Part shown: one piece after another, positions 26,977 through 39,330 of the stretch
Layout: each line of letters opens with the position of its first letter
Position numbering within the stretch: position 1 is the first letter of the stretch
Origin: Lama glama
Taxonomy: Eukaryota
Length of the DNA stretch: 64,000 nt
Direction: 5' to 3'
Assembly (NCBI GenBank): GCA_028534125.1
Contig: CM052816.1
Location: forward strand, 27,406,001 to 27,470,000
Notes under the pieces: generated by a model
The model's database searches: none
What the model was told of the DNA's origin: nothing
The model's input: the letters and a program-made list of their open reading frames with translations, nothing else
Position numbers and translations under genes: made by a program

Positions 26977-29302
26977 GAGGATCTTTTTGGAAACAGCAGA
27001 ACTTTACTGCTAGATATCAGAAACTGCCAGTGTTGAATGTGAAGAAAGAAACTGAACTCTACATGGATGTTTCCAAACACAGGCAATATAATGAAGTCTT
27101 GCTTCTTACACAAAAAGGCCTTTTACCCCATCTGTACCTTGCCCCAAGAGTCCCTCCCTCACAGGGAGGAAGAAATGAAAGGGTTACAGTCTTTGAACTT
27201 TTATTTGACTTTGATGGCAGGGTTGAAGGTCTCATAAAATGAAAACATTGAAGGAGAGGGCATTTGTGCTACCAAGAGAGTTGGAGAAAACACACTCACC
27301 TAACAGTGCTCAGAAAGGAAACCAGACATCTTACACCAATTTGTAATGTATTTGCTTTTAGGAGAATGGGACAATCATATTGAAAAATACTGTCCAAAAT
27401 GAGCTGAGTAGTTTAGTGAGGGTCACCAAGCCAGAAGCAATAGCTCGGAGCAATGTGGTCGCTGGAAGCAGGGGTCAGCTCTGCCTGCTTTGGCGGAAAG
27501 TCAGCCTCCTGCAGCTATTCATGCAGCAGTCAGGGAGAAACTGAGATAAACATCGCCACTGCTGACAGATGAAGAGAACTGACCTATCACATCTTGGCTT
27601 CCTTCTCTGCCTTCATGTTTAGTAATGCGAACACAAATGAGCTTTTTCTTTCCCATGAAGTAACTAATTAGTAGGTGACTTATTTCAAGTCCTAGCATTA
27701 CTACAAAGAAAAATAAATTCCTTTTGGTACCACCTTAAAAGAAGAATTTCAATCGGATTAGGTTCCTTTAATCTATACGAACATAAGACTTTATTTTTTT
27801 AACTATTCCTCATTCAAATCCCTCTCCTATGCTTTCTTCATTCCCTCTTAAAAATAGCTTTTTCTTGGATTTTATGATTAAACCTTGCCAACAAAAGTAC
27901 AGATTTTAGTAAATTATCTGCATGATTTGGAATAATTCACAAATTAAACCACAACGTTTGAATTATTCAGAAAACTGGGGAGATAAAATCACATGCATGC
28001 AGAGAGAAAGAGACAAAGAGACAGATATGATACACAGACTATTCCATACAGCTCTAGGATACCAGGTGATCCTGCTGTTTTGTCATTTTTCTGCTCAAAT
28101 CAACCTGTGAATTGAATGGCGGTGAGAGTTGCCTAGAACATCCTACAAGTTTCTGCTTTTCTGAAATTTTAACTGAGAATGTTTATAACTAACAATTATT
28201 TTCTATGTGTTCCACCTTCTCATAATTTCAAATGACTTATTTTAAAACTGAACAGATTAGGTGCTTATCATCACAGGCTGTAATTATCTAAATGTAGTTA
28301 TAAAACATTGCTGGGAAACATGAGAACATTCTTTCAGGTCTTTAGTTTACCTTACTGTTTTGAGAAGCGAAATGTGCCTTTTTTATGCTCAGGCTCCCTC
28401 CAGCTTTCTACATAATGGCCAGCAAATTTCAACTTATCCTCAAAGACTGTCAATAGAGTGATGACTTCTTTCTTAAGAGAAATCATGAAGCCTCCCCCAA
28501 ATCCACTTTATCCAGGAGGAAATGTTACTTTATTTGAGTAAAATCATAAAGAATGTATTAATTTTAGTTCTTCTTTCCTGTTTATCTGCAAGTTGCGATG
28601 CAAAAAAAGGAAAAAAGATCTCAATTGTTCAAAAGTTGTGTAGTTTTGTAGCATAGTTATTTGCTAATCTATGCTACTTTTGAAATTTGAAAGAATAAAA
28701 AAAATTTTCCTATTACATCCTTTATCATGCTTCATAGTATTTATTTCATGTATAGTATTTATAATTTATTAAATAATTTTATGTAAATATTTTAATATTT
28801 TATTTCTTATTAACCTACAAGTTCCATGAAGGCAGGATTGTGCCTGTCTTATTCATCTTCATGAAATATATTTTTAAGTTAATGCGTAAATTTACTGGAA
28901 TAAATGACAAGGTCAGAATGATTGGGCCAATCTATGCAGTGGGAACAGAGACGCCTTTTGTGCTTTTGCTAATCACAAGTTGGCCGTGCCATTTATCGAA
29001 GCTTAATCCTTCATGCATAGATCAAAGATCTGATAGTATTTAGAGAATGGTCTGAAAGTTAAACGCTTTTTGCCAACTTTAAGAAGGTTCCAAAATAATG
29101 ATCCAAGGAGAACTGTGATTGAGAGAAGCTATTGCTACACACACATGGCATAAGTCTCTGAGAATTTTTGGAAGCAGTGGGACATGCTGAGCAGTTTGGT
29201 GCAGCATCACAGAGGTCAGCACATTAAGAATCCTTGTCAGGGACTCGGAACATCAGTTAATCTCTTGGGATCATTTAAAATTTGGAACTACATACCAAGA
29301 AC

Positions 29303-29723
29303 TGAGAAGGGTCTGAGGTTTTTAACTTACAAACAAGTGGGCAAGCCACAGTCTCGTGGAGGCTGGCAGAAGACACAGGACTTCTGGATCAGAGACACAA
29401 AACAGTTCATTACACACAGCAAGAGCAGGAACATTTCTAGGCTGGTCACTGAACCCCAGTTCCCACAGGGCACCAAGAGGAAAACCACACTGAAGTTGCA
29501 TGTGCAGGGGGTTACACCACCGGAGGGGAGTCCTGAGTTCAGGCGACCCGAATGTTTTATGATGGACAGGGAGCATGCCTGTGCTTTGATCTCAAAGGAG
29601 ACGCTCTATTTCCTAAGGCTGTCCACTCTGTCAATATCTTTAGGAAAATGGCCCAGAGGAAAGGATAGTCAGTAACTCTTTGGCAAGATGTGCAGAGAGA
29701 TTTATGGAGAATTACATTCCAAT
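29303..29723. mobile_element. Probable ERV solo LTR (family not assigned)
   Basis: tgagaagggtctgagg...ggctggcagaagacacaggacttctggatcagagac...ttcattacacacagcaa resembles old eutherian ERV LTRs. Confidence 0.55.
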
Positions 29724-30404
29724 ACCATGTCTCTGGATGGTTTTTCCCCAGGGCCTTTATTAAGTTAATGGTTACACAGGATGGGCACGGAGATATACAC
29801 AAAGCTATCCTCCAGCACTCTTCATAGCTCACACGTACACTAACATCAGGAAGGTGGAACACGATGAGCGAGGAGCTAGAAAGCCAGGTGTCCAGCTAAG
29901 AAGAGAGGGCAGGGGGCGAACAGCCCTGCTATCAGCTGGCTTCGGTGTGTCAGGTGGGAGCCACAGGTTGATGCAGAAAACAGGGGTGAAGAAAAACTCC
30001 AAACATGCCCTGCTGCTCTCCTGTCAGAATATATTGTCATTTGGGCCAAGTTAAATCACTTCTCTTTACTTTATTTTTATTTGGAGCTCATAAAAGCCAA
30101 AATAACCCTTTAAAGCCTGCTTTTCCCTTGCTTAACACACAGCTGCTTTTGAGCTTTTATCCTCTAAAGCCAGAAAAGACACAAGAGCAAGAGTTCAGCT
30201 ATGTCAGGGGTTGCCAGGGTGAAAGAAAAAGAAGAAAAGCTATTTGTCACCTGTCATGCAAGGACCCAGCAGTGCTGACTTGGAAATGCTGTGAATCTGG
30301 CTTATTCCTGCTCTTGCTAGTGCATTTATGTTTAAAGTGCACAGGATTCCGAAGGCTTGGAGTCAGAGACAGCCTTAGTACCACAGAAGAATTATGCCTG
30401 GGTT

Positions 30405-30425
30405 TGTGTGTGTGTGTGTGTGTGT
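30405..30425. repeat. (TG)10 microsatellite
   Basis: Direct reading. Confidence 0.9.
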
Positions 30426-30944
30426 TTAAACAAAAACAAACAAAAAAAAAACATTGCCTGCCTTTGTTCTTTAGAGTCAGAGCCCTTCCATACAGCAGGC
30501 CCTCAGGGTACACAGATAGTACGTGTAAAGTTTTTCCAAGGATGATAAAAAGCTCTCGAGAATTTATAAACTGTTTCATCTGTCAGAAACGATTTATGCA
30601 GACTTGGCACACCGAGTGAATTATTCTTATTAAGCAAAAATTGAGAAAATTGCTTAAGTCTCACTAGAAGGTACCTGCAGTCTATCAGAAGCTCAGTCTA
30701 TAAGCTATAAACTTAAGGGAAAAGAAATTGCATGTCTCTGTGGATGTCTGAGGTGAGATGAACGCATCCCAGCCTTTTCCTTGTGCTGAGTGATTCTTCC
30801 ATTCTCATCCCTCTTGGGAACTCAGGGAGGGTGGGCGTTTGAAAGGCCTCCACCCCAAGCACCCTAACCAAGAAAACCCTTCTGGTTCTCCCTCCAGCCC
30901 ACATACAGTACATCTGCGGTCACCAAGCATGTGCACATCTATTC

Positions 30945-31150
30945 AAGTTCTGTTACAGTGTGCGAGGCATTGTGCGGAGCCCTCTGTGTGAATGAATTAA
31001 TTTATTTCTAGCCACCATCCCACGAGGTTCTGTTATTAACTTAATCGTACAGATGTGGAACTGAGGGATGGGGAGATTACGGAACCTAGCCCGAGTCCCA
31101 CAGTTGCAGTGAGAGATCTGAAATGTCAACTCAGGCAGCCTGAGTCACCC
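30945..31150 (-). mobile_element. MIR SINE
   Basis: tacagatgtggaactgagg...cctagcccgagtcccacagttg...actcaggcagcctga is the antisense MIR core. Confidence 0.75.
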
Positions 31151-32684
31151 ACTCCATCACGCCACAGACACCTCTGCTCCCCGAAGTCACGGGATTGCCT
31201 GATTCGGCTGGTGACTCCTGGGCCTCACAAGGGAATCTAACTGAGCAATCATTTCTCATAGTGGGCCATGTAGTCTAGATGCAGCCCTCCTCACTGCCCT
31301 GATTACAAGTTTTAGTCCTCTCCCAAACCCTTTGTTTCTTTTACCTTTTCCCTCATTTTTCTAACATCAGATGGCCTAACCAGTTCTAATTTTTCATAAA
31401 TTTGCCAAATACATCCCATGAAGTGCTTGGCCCAGGTAGAGGCTCAAGAAATGTTGTTAAATAAGCTTAGAAAGCAGGTAATTCCATTCTCCTGGGCTCA
31501 TTAGCGTCAAAACCATTCACTGCACACATTCTGCCTTAGGATGCCCCATCTTTGTTCTTTCCTCTGAATTCACAAATCCCCACCTTTACACATTACAACA
31601 TCTACTCCACCAGTCTGGGATCACCAGGACAGCATGCCAAGCTCACTTGAGCTAATGGCCCCCTTACAAAAACATTTTAGAAGGCTAACATTTCTTTTCC
31701 CAAAGTTCTCATTTAAATACTCAATCAGTGCTTCTAGAACTGCTCCAGTCAAAATGCCAAGATTCCACCGATAATATTGATTAGATGTGTGTGTGGTTTC
31801 TGTCAAAGGAGCATCATTCTAACAGTGACCACCATCAAAGCGTGAGGTCCTGGTACTCCCAGCGTCATGACAGCCATCTTGAAAACAACAGGTAAGAGAT
31901 AAAACCAAGGTTGGGAAGAAAGGAAATGTCTTCTCATTAGTGTAGAGAAAGGATCCCAAATTTTAAGTAAGTTGTGTCTGAAAACGTTACCACATCAAAC
32001 AATCAACAACACACATTGGTGGGTATTTCCCATCGCTTCTTATGTCTACTGAGCTCCTCTTGGCTGGACTCTCTCTCTCTCCCCCAACAGAGTACTCCTA
32101 TAAGCTGGTTTTTCATTCTCCGGCCAATGCTACCATGGAGCACTAAGACCTGACTGGTAAGAATGATGCCACTGTGGTAGGCTCTCCTCATAAGGACGCT
32201 GTCTTCCCTTCAAGGGCTCGTTCTCTCGCAATCCCAACGCTATACTGAGAAAGGTCACAAAGTACTGACATTTTCTTCAAAAAACCCAGAATTCACCTTT
32301 AACTCTGGCTACTGCTCACACTCATCTATAGTCAAATGATCCTACTTGAAGTGGAGCCAAGGAAGGAATTTCACTCCCTTTTTTTCATTAGACTTGTAGA
32401 TCAGAGTCCTAAGAGGACTTTGAAATTCAAGACACATTCCAGGCAAATATTCTGGGGTCTAGACAATGGAATTTCACTGAACGGCTCCATAGACAGTTTA
32501 GCAGAATTCGTCAAAGGGATTTTTGCCTTTAGAAACACAGGATCTTCGCTGCCACCCACCCTCCATTCCACAACCAGGCCAAATCCCCCCTAGACTCACT
32601 CCTTTCCTCAGAAGTCATTAGTGACTCTTTTCTCTACTCCAGTAAGTCTAAGCTCTTCCTGGCTGTGTGACCCTCTGTAACTTT

Positions 32685-33092
32685 GTCTTATCCTCATTAT
32701 CCGCCGAGCAGATTTTGAGGTGTAGATTCGCATGCAGGAAGTATTGGCCTACTTTGGTCATTGCTACCTGTGGGGAAGGAAGGGAAGTGGGACTGGGCAA
32801 AGAGAGCTGTCAGGCTGTGACACACTCACAGCAGAGGCCTCAATAATCCTGTAGGATGCTTGGAGCTGGGATGGCCCTGCAGAACCACTCCTTCGTCGAG
32901 GCAGCATCAATCAACCACTGGATTCTGCTGGAAAGAGGAGGAGACCTTGGCCCAGAAGGCTCTCTCAGCTAAAGGCAGTTTCTGGAGGGGTCTCAGCTAA
33001 GAGATGTCAATAGTTAACAGTCCCAGCGGCTGGGGGAATGGGGGCTTCAGTGCTGAAGTAAGGGATCTGGGTGACACATCACAGCATCTATC
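32685..33092 (-). mobile_element. ERVL solo LTR (LTR16A-like)
   Basis: Ends cccagcggctgggggaatg...cttcagtgctgaag...ggatctgggtgacacatcacagcatcta, the reverse of the LTR16A 5' end. Confidence 0.7.
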
Positions 33093-34094
33093 ATCCAGTT
33101 TTTTTTCTTTCTCCTCCCCAACATGTATTTTTCTTCCAGACTGGCCCTGGCTCATCAACATTTGTAGTCTCATATCCAGATTCCTGGGTCCTTCCTCCAG
33201 CTATGCCACTAACCTCTCTATTTCACTAATCTGGGTCTCTCTCTCTACTGAGTTATTATCTCTTCTTCAAGTCCCAGTTGTTTTCCACCCTTGCTGAGCA
33301 CTCTGTTATCCTAACTCTTCCATCTGTGGCATCAATTTGCATTTAAATAGAGTGACATTTAGTTGAAGCAACAATGTCATTGGTTTGTGTAACTTGTGGT
33401 TGGAGGGTGGAGTGAGCAAGTGAAGAAAAGGTATATTTGTCTCCTTGGTTGGATTATAGACTCCTTGAGGGTCAAGACTACAGTTTTAATTTCTTACGTA
33501 CTACACAAAGTATGAAGAGCACTGGGCATATTGCAAATGCACAGTGCTTTCACACAAAATATATATTTAGCACTTAATTATGTGACAAGCAAGCACAATT
33601 CTAGGTACTGGGGTTTCAATGGTAAATAAGATAACGAGCCTACACTCAAAGAAATTACATTCTGCTTATTAAGAACTGGAAGTCAGTCTACTTATTTTAT
33701 CTTAACATTTTATTAGCCATCATCTAGAAGAATACTTGTAAATTCTAATAGTAAAATCCTCCTTACCTAGTGAAGCTACCTGGTGTAACACAACAATCTG
33801 TCACCCTCATCACACCCTGATGTGGATTGCTCTTGGAACTTTACCAACTGGAACACTTTGCCTCCAACTTCTCTTCATCAAGGGAAAGAGAGATCTCAGA
33901 AGCACACTGGTTCTTAACTAACTTACTTCTTCTGCTCCAGTTCACTGACTATAATTAGGCATCTGGCCTTCAACTAACTGCAAGGGAGGCATAGAAATGT
34001 AATGGAAAAAATAAATAAGCCCTGAGCACTAATTGTCCCGGCCATAATAGCCACTGTCTGTTGAGTACCTCTATGTGACAACACTGTCTAAGTG

Positions 34095-34790
34095 CTGAGA
34101 GGTTCTGTACCCAATTCTGCCATGGTGGAGTGTCTACAACAATAATTCTCAGCCACCAGCTGGGTGTCCTAAAATTCAAGTCAATTCTGACACTACCTGG
34201 GAAAAGCATGAGATTCCACAGGGTAAGGGCTCAGTCCTACAAAACTGCCACCCTCCTCAACTTCAGGTGTCCATTGTGAATCCAGATTACCACCCGTGTT
34301 TCTGACCAACCAGCTATAGATTGGAGGGTCCAACACCCTTTCCTTGGGGTCGATTATTTGCTAGAGCAGCTTACAGAACTCAGAGAAAAGATTTTACTTA
34401 GTAGATTTCTGGTTTTTTATAAAAGAATGTATCCAAAACTCAGGAACAGCTAGAAGGAACAGATGCACAGGGCAGTGTATGAAGAAAGGGTGTGGAGCTG
34501 CTGTGCCCTCTCCAGGTAAACCAATTTCTCCATTTCTTCATGCATTCACCAACCTGGAAACTCTCTGAACGCCATCTTTTTGGGATTTTATGGAGACTTC
34601 GTTTCATAGGTGTGATGGATTAAACCACTGACCACTGCCGATGAAGTCTCCAGTCCCTCTCCCCTCTCCCGAGGTCAAGGGGTGGACTGAAAGTTCCAAC
34701 CTTCTAAACACATGTTTGGTTCTTGGGCAACCAGCCTGCATCTTTAGGCTCTTTCCAAATGTCCCCTTATTAACATAAAAAAAGGCACCT
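34095..34790. mobile_element. MER21-type LTR
   Basis: caccagctgggtgtcctaaaattcaagtcaattctgacactacctg...gattccacagggtaagggctcagtcctacaaaactgcc...tttgctagagcagcttacagaactcag. Confidence 0.8.
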
Positions 34791-35280
34791 TTGGTCTTCC
34801 AAATCATTCTTGTAACATCTCAGTTCTCTGCGCACATTAAAAATTTTTGCTGTTTACAACAGTCATTAGTAGCGTAAGCCTTTCAATAAGCTCCTTTTGA
34901 ACTAATAAGCCATTCCAAAGTCTGCCAAGAAACTTAAGTTGAAACTAAGAACCTTACCATTAAGCTGAAATTATTGATGATTAAAATTCTATTGTCCCTC
35001 CCTCCCCAACTAAAATAAAAAATCCTTAAAATGGTAACATGTACAGTATTGAAGCATACATGTTCTGTATGAATAAAAGCCTTCAGTGACTTGGGAAAGC
35101 AAAGTCTTTCCCAAAGGTTCCGATTTATATACAAGTTTTCATTTCTCCTATTCTACCCTGACTCCTCGTCTTGATTCCATGAAAACAAGGAGACCATAGA
35201 TAATTGAAATTAGGTTGGTTGGCCTTAAGGATGGGTTAAGAAGCTAGGTGCCTGCTCAAGGAGGGACAAGAAGAGCTTCT

Positions 35281-35298
35281 ATCGCCACCTGCTGGGCT
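35281..35298 (-). promoter_or_regulatory. Candidate CTCF binding site
   Basis: Minus strand reads GCCCAGCAGGTGGCGAT, matching the CTCF core CCASYAGRKGGCR; lies in apparently unique sequence. Confidence 0.5.
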
Positions 35299-36189
35299 CC
35301 CCGGTTATCACCAGACTATCCAGTCAGACCACCACCTCTGATTCCAAATCTCTAGCTTCTTTTGCAGGCTGAATGCCCTCTGACATTTGTCAATCTTTCT
35401 ATTTCAGTTTGGATGGAACGTTGTCATAAAAAAAGAAATAAAAACTTTAGCCTTCAGTATCAACTACTCTTTAAATTCATGCTAATTCATTAACAAGGAT
35501 AATAACTAACCACGTCGCCACAGTACTCAATTGCTTCCAAGTGTTTCTCATTAAACCTAAGTGAAAACACTTCCCAGGATGCAATTTTAAGGGAATATTA
35601 TTAATCACATGCCTTGAGTAGCCTTGGTCAATGGAATAAGTAAATTTGGCTGAAGAAAAATGATTTTCTTCTTTATGAATATTCTCACTTTACAAGATGA
35701 GTATTTCTGAAGGTTTTAGTTTCCTGAAAAAATATGGTGAGTTAGGTAGAGTGTTTTTCCAGTGGTATATTGATTTGTAATGATGTTTGGCATTTCATTT
35801 CATATGACTTTCAGCTATCTGATTATAGAGAAACTATTGTTGCAGACATCTTCAGGGTCTAAAGCAAAACTTTCCAAATCTCTTCTAGAGCACTCAAGAG
35901 AATAAACATTTCGATTTAACAACACAGATTTAAGAAATGAACAAAAGCTCCTAGTAGTTAGAAAATTTCCGAGTGTGATGTTTAACTGTCCTCAAACTCT
36001 AAATCCCTGTGTATTTGCTGCCCCTCAGAGTTATCTGAAAAGATATGGCTGTGAAAGGGGGATGCCAAGGGGGCCACAAAAAAGTAGAAAGCATGTGAAA
36101 AGATTGTTTCTGGCAAAACAAATCAGCATAGGTGGGTGGATCGAATTTGAGATTTAAGAATTTATGATTTTAAACACAAATTGCATACT

Positions 36190-36725
36190 GTTCCTGAATG
36201 GAAAGAATCCATATTATAAAAATGCTGATTCTTCCTAAAAGAATTTATCAGTTTAATTCAATACAGATCAATATCCTAGCAGAATTATTTATGTTTTTTG
36301 ACACTCTTGAGTCTAGAACTCTTCCAAAAGAAGAAATAAGAAGAACCAAAAATTGTTTTGAAAAAGCGGGACTTTGCCATACAATATCAAAACATACTCT
36401 AAAGATGCAGCATGGAAACTACGCAATAATGTTGCAGAGCCAGGAAAACAGATCAACAGAACAGAAGGGAATATCAAAAATCGTCCCATTTATATATGGG
36501 ATAAACTAATAAATGATATGGGAAAACGTCATTGAAGAAAAAAGTTAGGTCCCTACTACACACCATATAGCAATAACATCTCAGATGAATTAAAGGCTAA
36601 ATATAAAAACTGAAAATTATTAGAAGTTTAAGAGATTGTAAGTCTTGGCAAGGGAGAAGGCTCTTTAAGCTAAGCATCATACTCAGAAAGCATACAGGGA
36701 AAGTCTAACATTTTTTACTACACTC
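36190..36725 (+). mobile_element. Old LINE-1 ORF2 fragment
   Basis: ORF 36198-36509 RIHIIKMLILPKRIYQFNSIQINI resembles L1 [24 protein letters not shown]. Confidence 0.8.
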
Positions 36726-37174
36726 AGATGTGTGACTGGCTGTCTGGCTCCTAATAAGATACCGTTCTTCCAGATACAGCATTGCCTGCAGTATCTACAG
36801 TTTGCTGTATCTACAAAGCTCCCTTAACTCACCAACAATACTGTACAGTGCAACCTAGAAACAACTGTGCACCAAGTACCCCTAAACCTAAGTAAGGCCC
36901 AATGTGCTCCAGGGCAGACCTATCTCCCAGACCCACAGAACAAGTGCTCCCAGAACACTGACTCCTTTCCATGCATTCCTCCTTCATCAGAACTGTGAAC
37001 CATCATGTCCTGAAACACCATCAGTACTAATTGTGTTGGGAATTACACCTCTATTTATTTTAAACACTACCAGAAATTCCAGCTTCGCAGAGCATCAGGG
37101 AAACTCTTACCTATGGACAGATCTGTAAATTCCCTCGTCTTACTTTACTCAAACTTCCACATATGCCCCAACTC

Positions 37175-37340
37175 CAGCTATGTAATTTACATAGCATAAT
37201 GTAAAATGAAAAAGGAGGGGGCTGTTCAAAAATTAAGAATTTCTTGCCGGTAACAAGAAGACATTAAAACAAGCATGGGCCCCTCTAAGTGTGGGGCTCC
37301 CTGTGATACACAAGCTATACACTCATGGGGCACCATGTTG
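37175..37340. mobile_element. MER45-like hAT-Tip100 MITE
   Basis: tgttcaaaaattaagaatttc...cattaaaacaagcatgggccctctaagtgtggggc..ctgtg. Confidence 0.55.
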
Positions 37341-37456
37341 CCTACCCCAAACCGTTTCTTTATTGCTTCATATTGTTATCAGCGGTTTATCTGTATATAC
37401 CTGTTTTCACAGGTAAATTGTATTCCCAATTTCATCTCTAAAGATTCAAAAGAATT

Positions 37457-37636
37457 ATTTTTTCTAAAATTTTATTTTTTATTTTTATTTATTTATTATT
37501 GTATTATTTAATTACTTTATTTTGGTGGGGGGGAGGTAATTAGGCTTACTTATTTATAGAGGAGGTACTGGGGATAGAACCCAGGACCTCATGCATGCTA
37601 AGCATGGGCTCAAACACTTGAGCTATACCATCCTCC
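37457..37636 (-). mobile_element. tRNA-Ala-derived camelid SINE (vic-1 type)
   Basis: gggggaggtaattagg...ggaggtactggggatagaacccaggacctcatgcatgctaagcat...gagctatacc; TSD caaaagaatt at 37447-37456 and 37637-37646. Confidence 0.92.
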
Positions 37637-38549
37637 CAAAAGAATTCTTACTCTAACTAAATCTAGGCTGTCCCCGGAGGACACTGTCTGATTCCCATAC
37701 CCCACATACCACAGTGCCTGGGGATGGGGCAGGTGTCATCTGTACTCACCATTGTTTTCCCTTTTGAGAACTTTCTCTCCTTTCTTCAAAAATCTATTTT
37801 ATTTCAATCCCACGTCATCCACCTATACCACCTGGCTGACTACGTACCTCCCCATTGTCCAGCCAGCACATGATACCTCACAGGTGCTCGAGAAATCTGT
37901 GTTGAGACAGCTAATCAATGACTTGTGCAATCTTGGTGGGGAGAAAAACTGAGTAGAATACAAATTCAACTTGGCAAGTGCATAGTAACAACCGGCATAC
38001 TTTAAGCAAAGTGACTCTTTGGCCTGAATCACTCACAATATCTAGATATTTGCATTCTATATTCTGGGTAAGTTTTGTCAGAAAACTGGCCAAAACAGAC
38101 TGTTATGAGGCCAAGTTGGTATATCTTACCTAAATATTTATGATTATTCCTTTAAGAAGCTGGGAGAGCGAGGAGATGAAGGAATCACTTGATACGACTT
38201 CAGGGTTAAGTTCATGTTTCTTTTAGAGTCTGCTGCTAGAATAAACAGAAAACCAGACCCTGTGTCTGCCTGGCGATACCCGTGCCTGCGCGGTGAGCAT
38301 CTCTGCTCATTGCTTCCAGATGCTGCCCTCTCCTGGCAGAGCTCGCTCATTGCAAGAGCGGCGTGCCATGAGCCTGCTTACGAAGAGAAAGGGAACTGAG
38401 GGTAGAGACAGTGATACTGTGAGAGAACAAAAAGGAGGAAAAGTCCACTGTGGGAACAAGATGCGACAAGCAGATTTATAACCCTCCTAACCTTCCTGTT
38501 CACTCATCCTCACTTTTATGTCACCTTTAGATTTCATCTTGTCCAATGC

Positions 38550-38780
38550 TCTCCGGACCTACCTCAAAGTCGAGGGTTTGAGAGGACGAATCCGCGACCA
38601 TGACCACTCTGGTGTCTTCACGGCCCTCGCCCCTCAGCCGCCTTGCACCTGATTGCGCATGCGCCCTTGGCCCTTGCACAGCTGTTCCTGACTCGCGATT
38701 GGCTGCTGCTCTCCCAGGTCATCCCCAGGTCACCGCGCACAGCCCCGCCCAGAGCCTTCCCGGGTTGCTCAGGTATTTAT
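38550..38780. promoter_or_regulatory. Small CpG-rich promoter-like element
   Basis: Local CpG/GC enrichment; NRF1 palindrome tgcgcatgcgc 38654-38664; inverted CCAAT (gattgg) 38697-38702; GC box ccccgccc 38743-38750. Confidence 0.5.
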
Positions 38781-38799
38781 GGGTTCTTCCTACCCTCTG

Positions 38800-39330
38800 T
38801 CCTTCCTCTCGGGAAAAGACCACACTGGTGACAGAAGTTGGGCAGGAAGCACGGTAAAAAAGAAGACAAACAGCAGCTTTATCCAGAGCAAGTAGCTCAA
38901 ATGCAGACTTTGATAACTTCATTTACAAGTTGATCCCATGGCCTAAAAAAGCTCTGGACTTGTCTTTCCCACATTCAGAGGCACCCATGAACATGAAGCA
39001 GACAGAGCTTCCCGCCGCCTTCCACCTAGAAAATGCTGATACTGGTAATACACACAGTGCTAACCACTGAGGCTGCCCACAGCCGGAGGCGTCCCCCACA
39101 GTCCTAGGCCAACAACCAGGAGAGCCAGAGGGCACATCAAATGCTCGCTTACTCGTTAGGAAGCCGTGGTCTAGAAAATGCCCAGATGAAAGCAAAGTAA
39201 CTTGTCTTACCAAGTTATCAGGAAATCCTGTGGACAAACCCCAGCGAATGACAGAGAAAACAAGCCAATTAGATTGGAAACAAAACATATACAACTCTGC
39301 AGTTCTTGCAGTAGACCACAATTTCTGTGA
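38800..39330 (+). pseudogene. Possible highly diverged RING1B/RNF2-like retrocopy (disabled)
   Basis: One frame from 38600 to 39427 has only two internal stops (38855, 39068). Colinear peptides DFDNFIYKLIP, DESKVTCLTKLSGNPVD and KQNIY..AVL resemble RNF2 NFDALISKIYP, DDSAQTRYIKTSGNATVD and KQYTIY as recalled; no alignment was run. Confidence 0.3.

Noticed and set aside
29184..29675. 163-aa ORF
   Set aside because: Mostly overlaps a probable LTR; non-ATG start; no protein family recognisable
30005..30619. 204-aa ORF
   Set aside because: Runs through (TG)n and A tracts, low-complexity product, no recognisable domain
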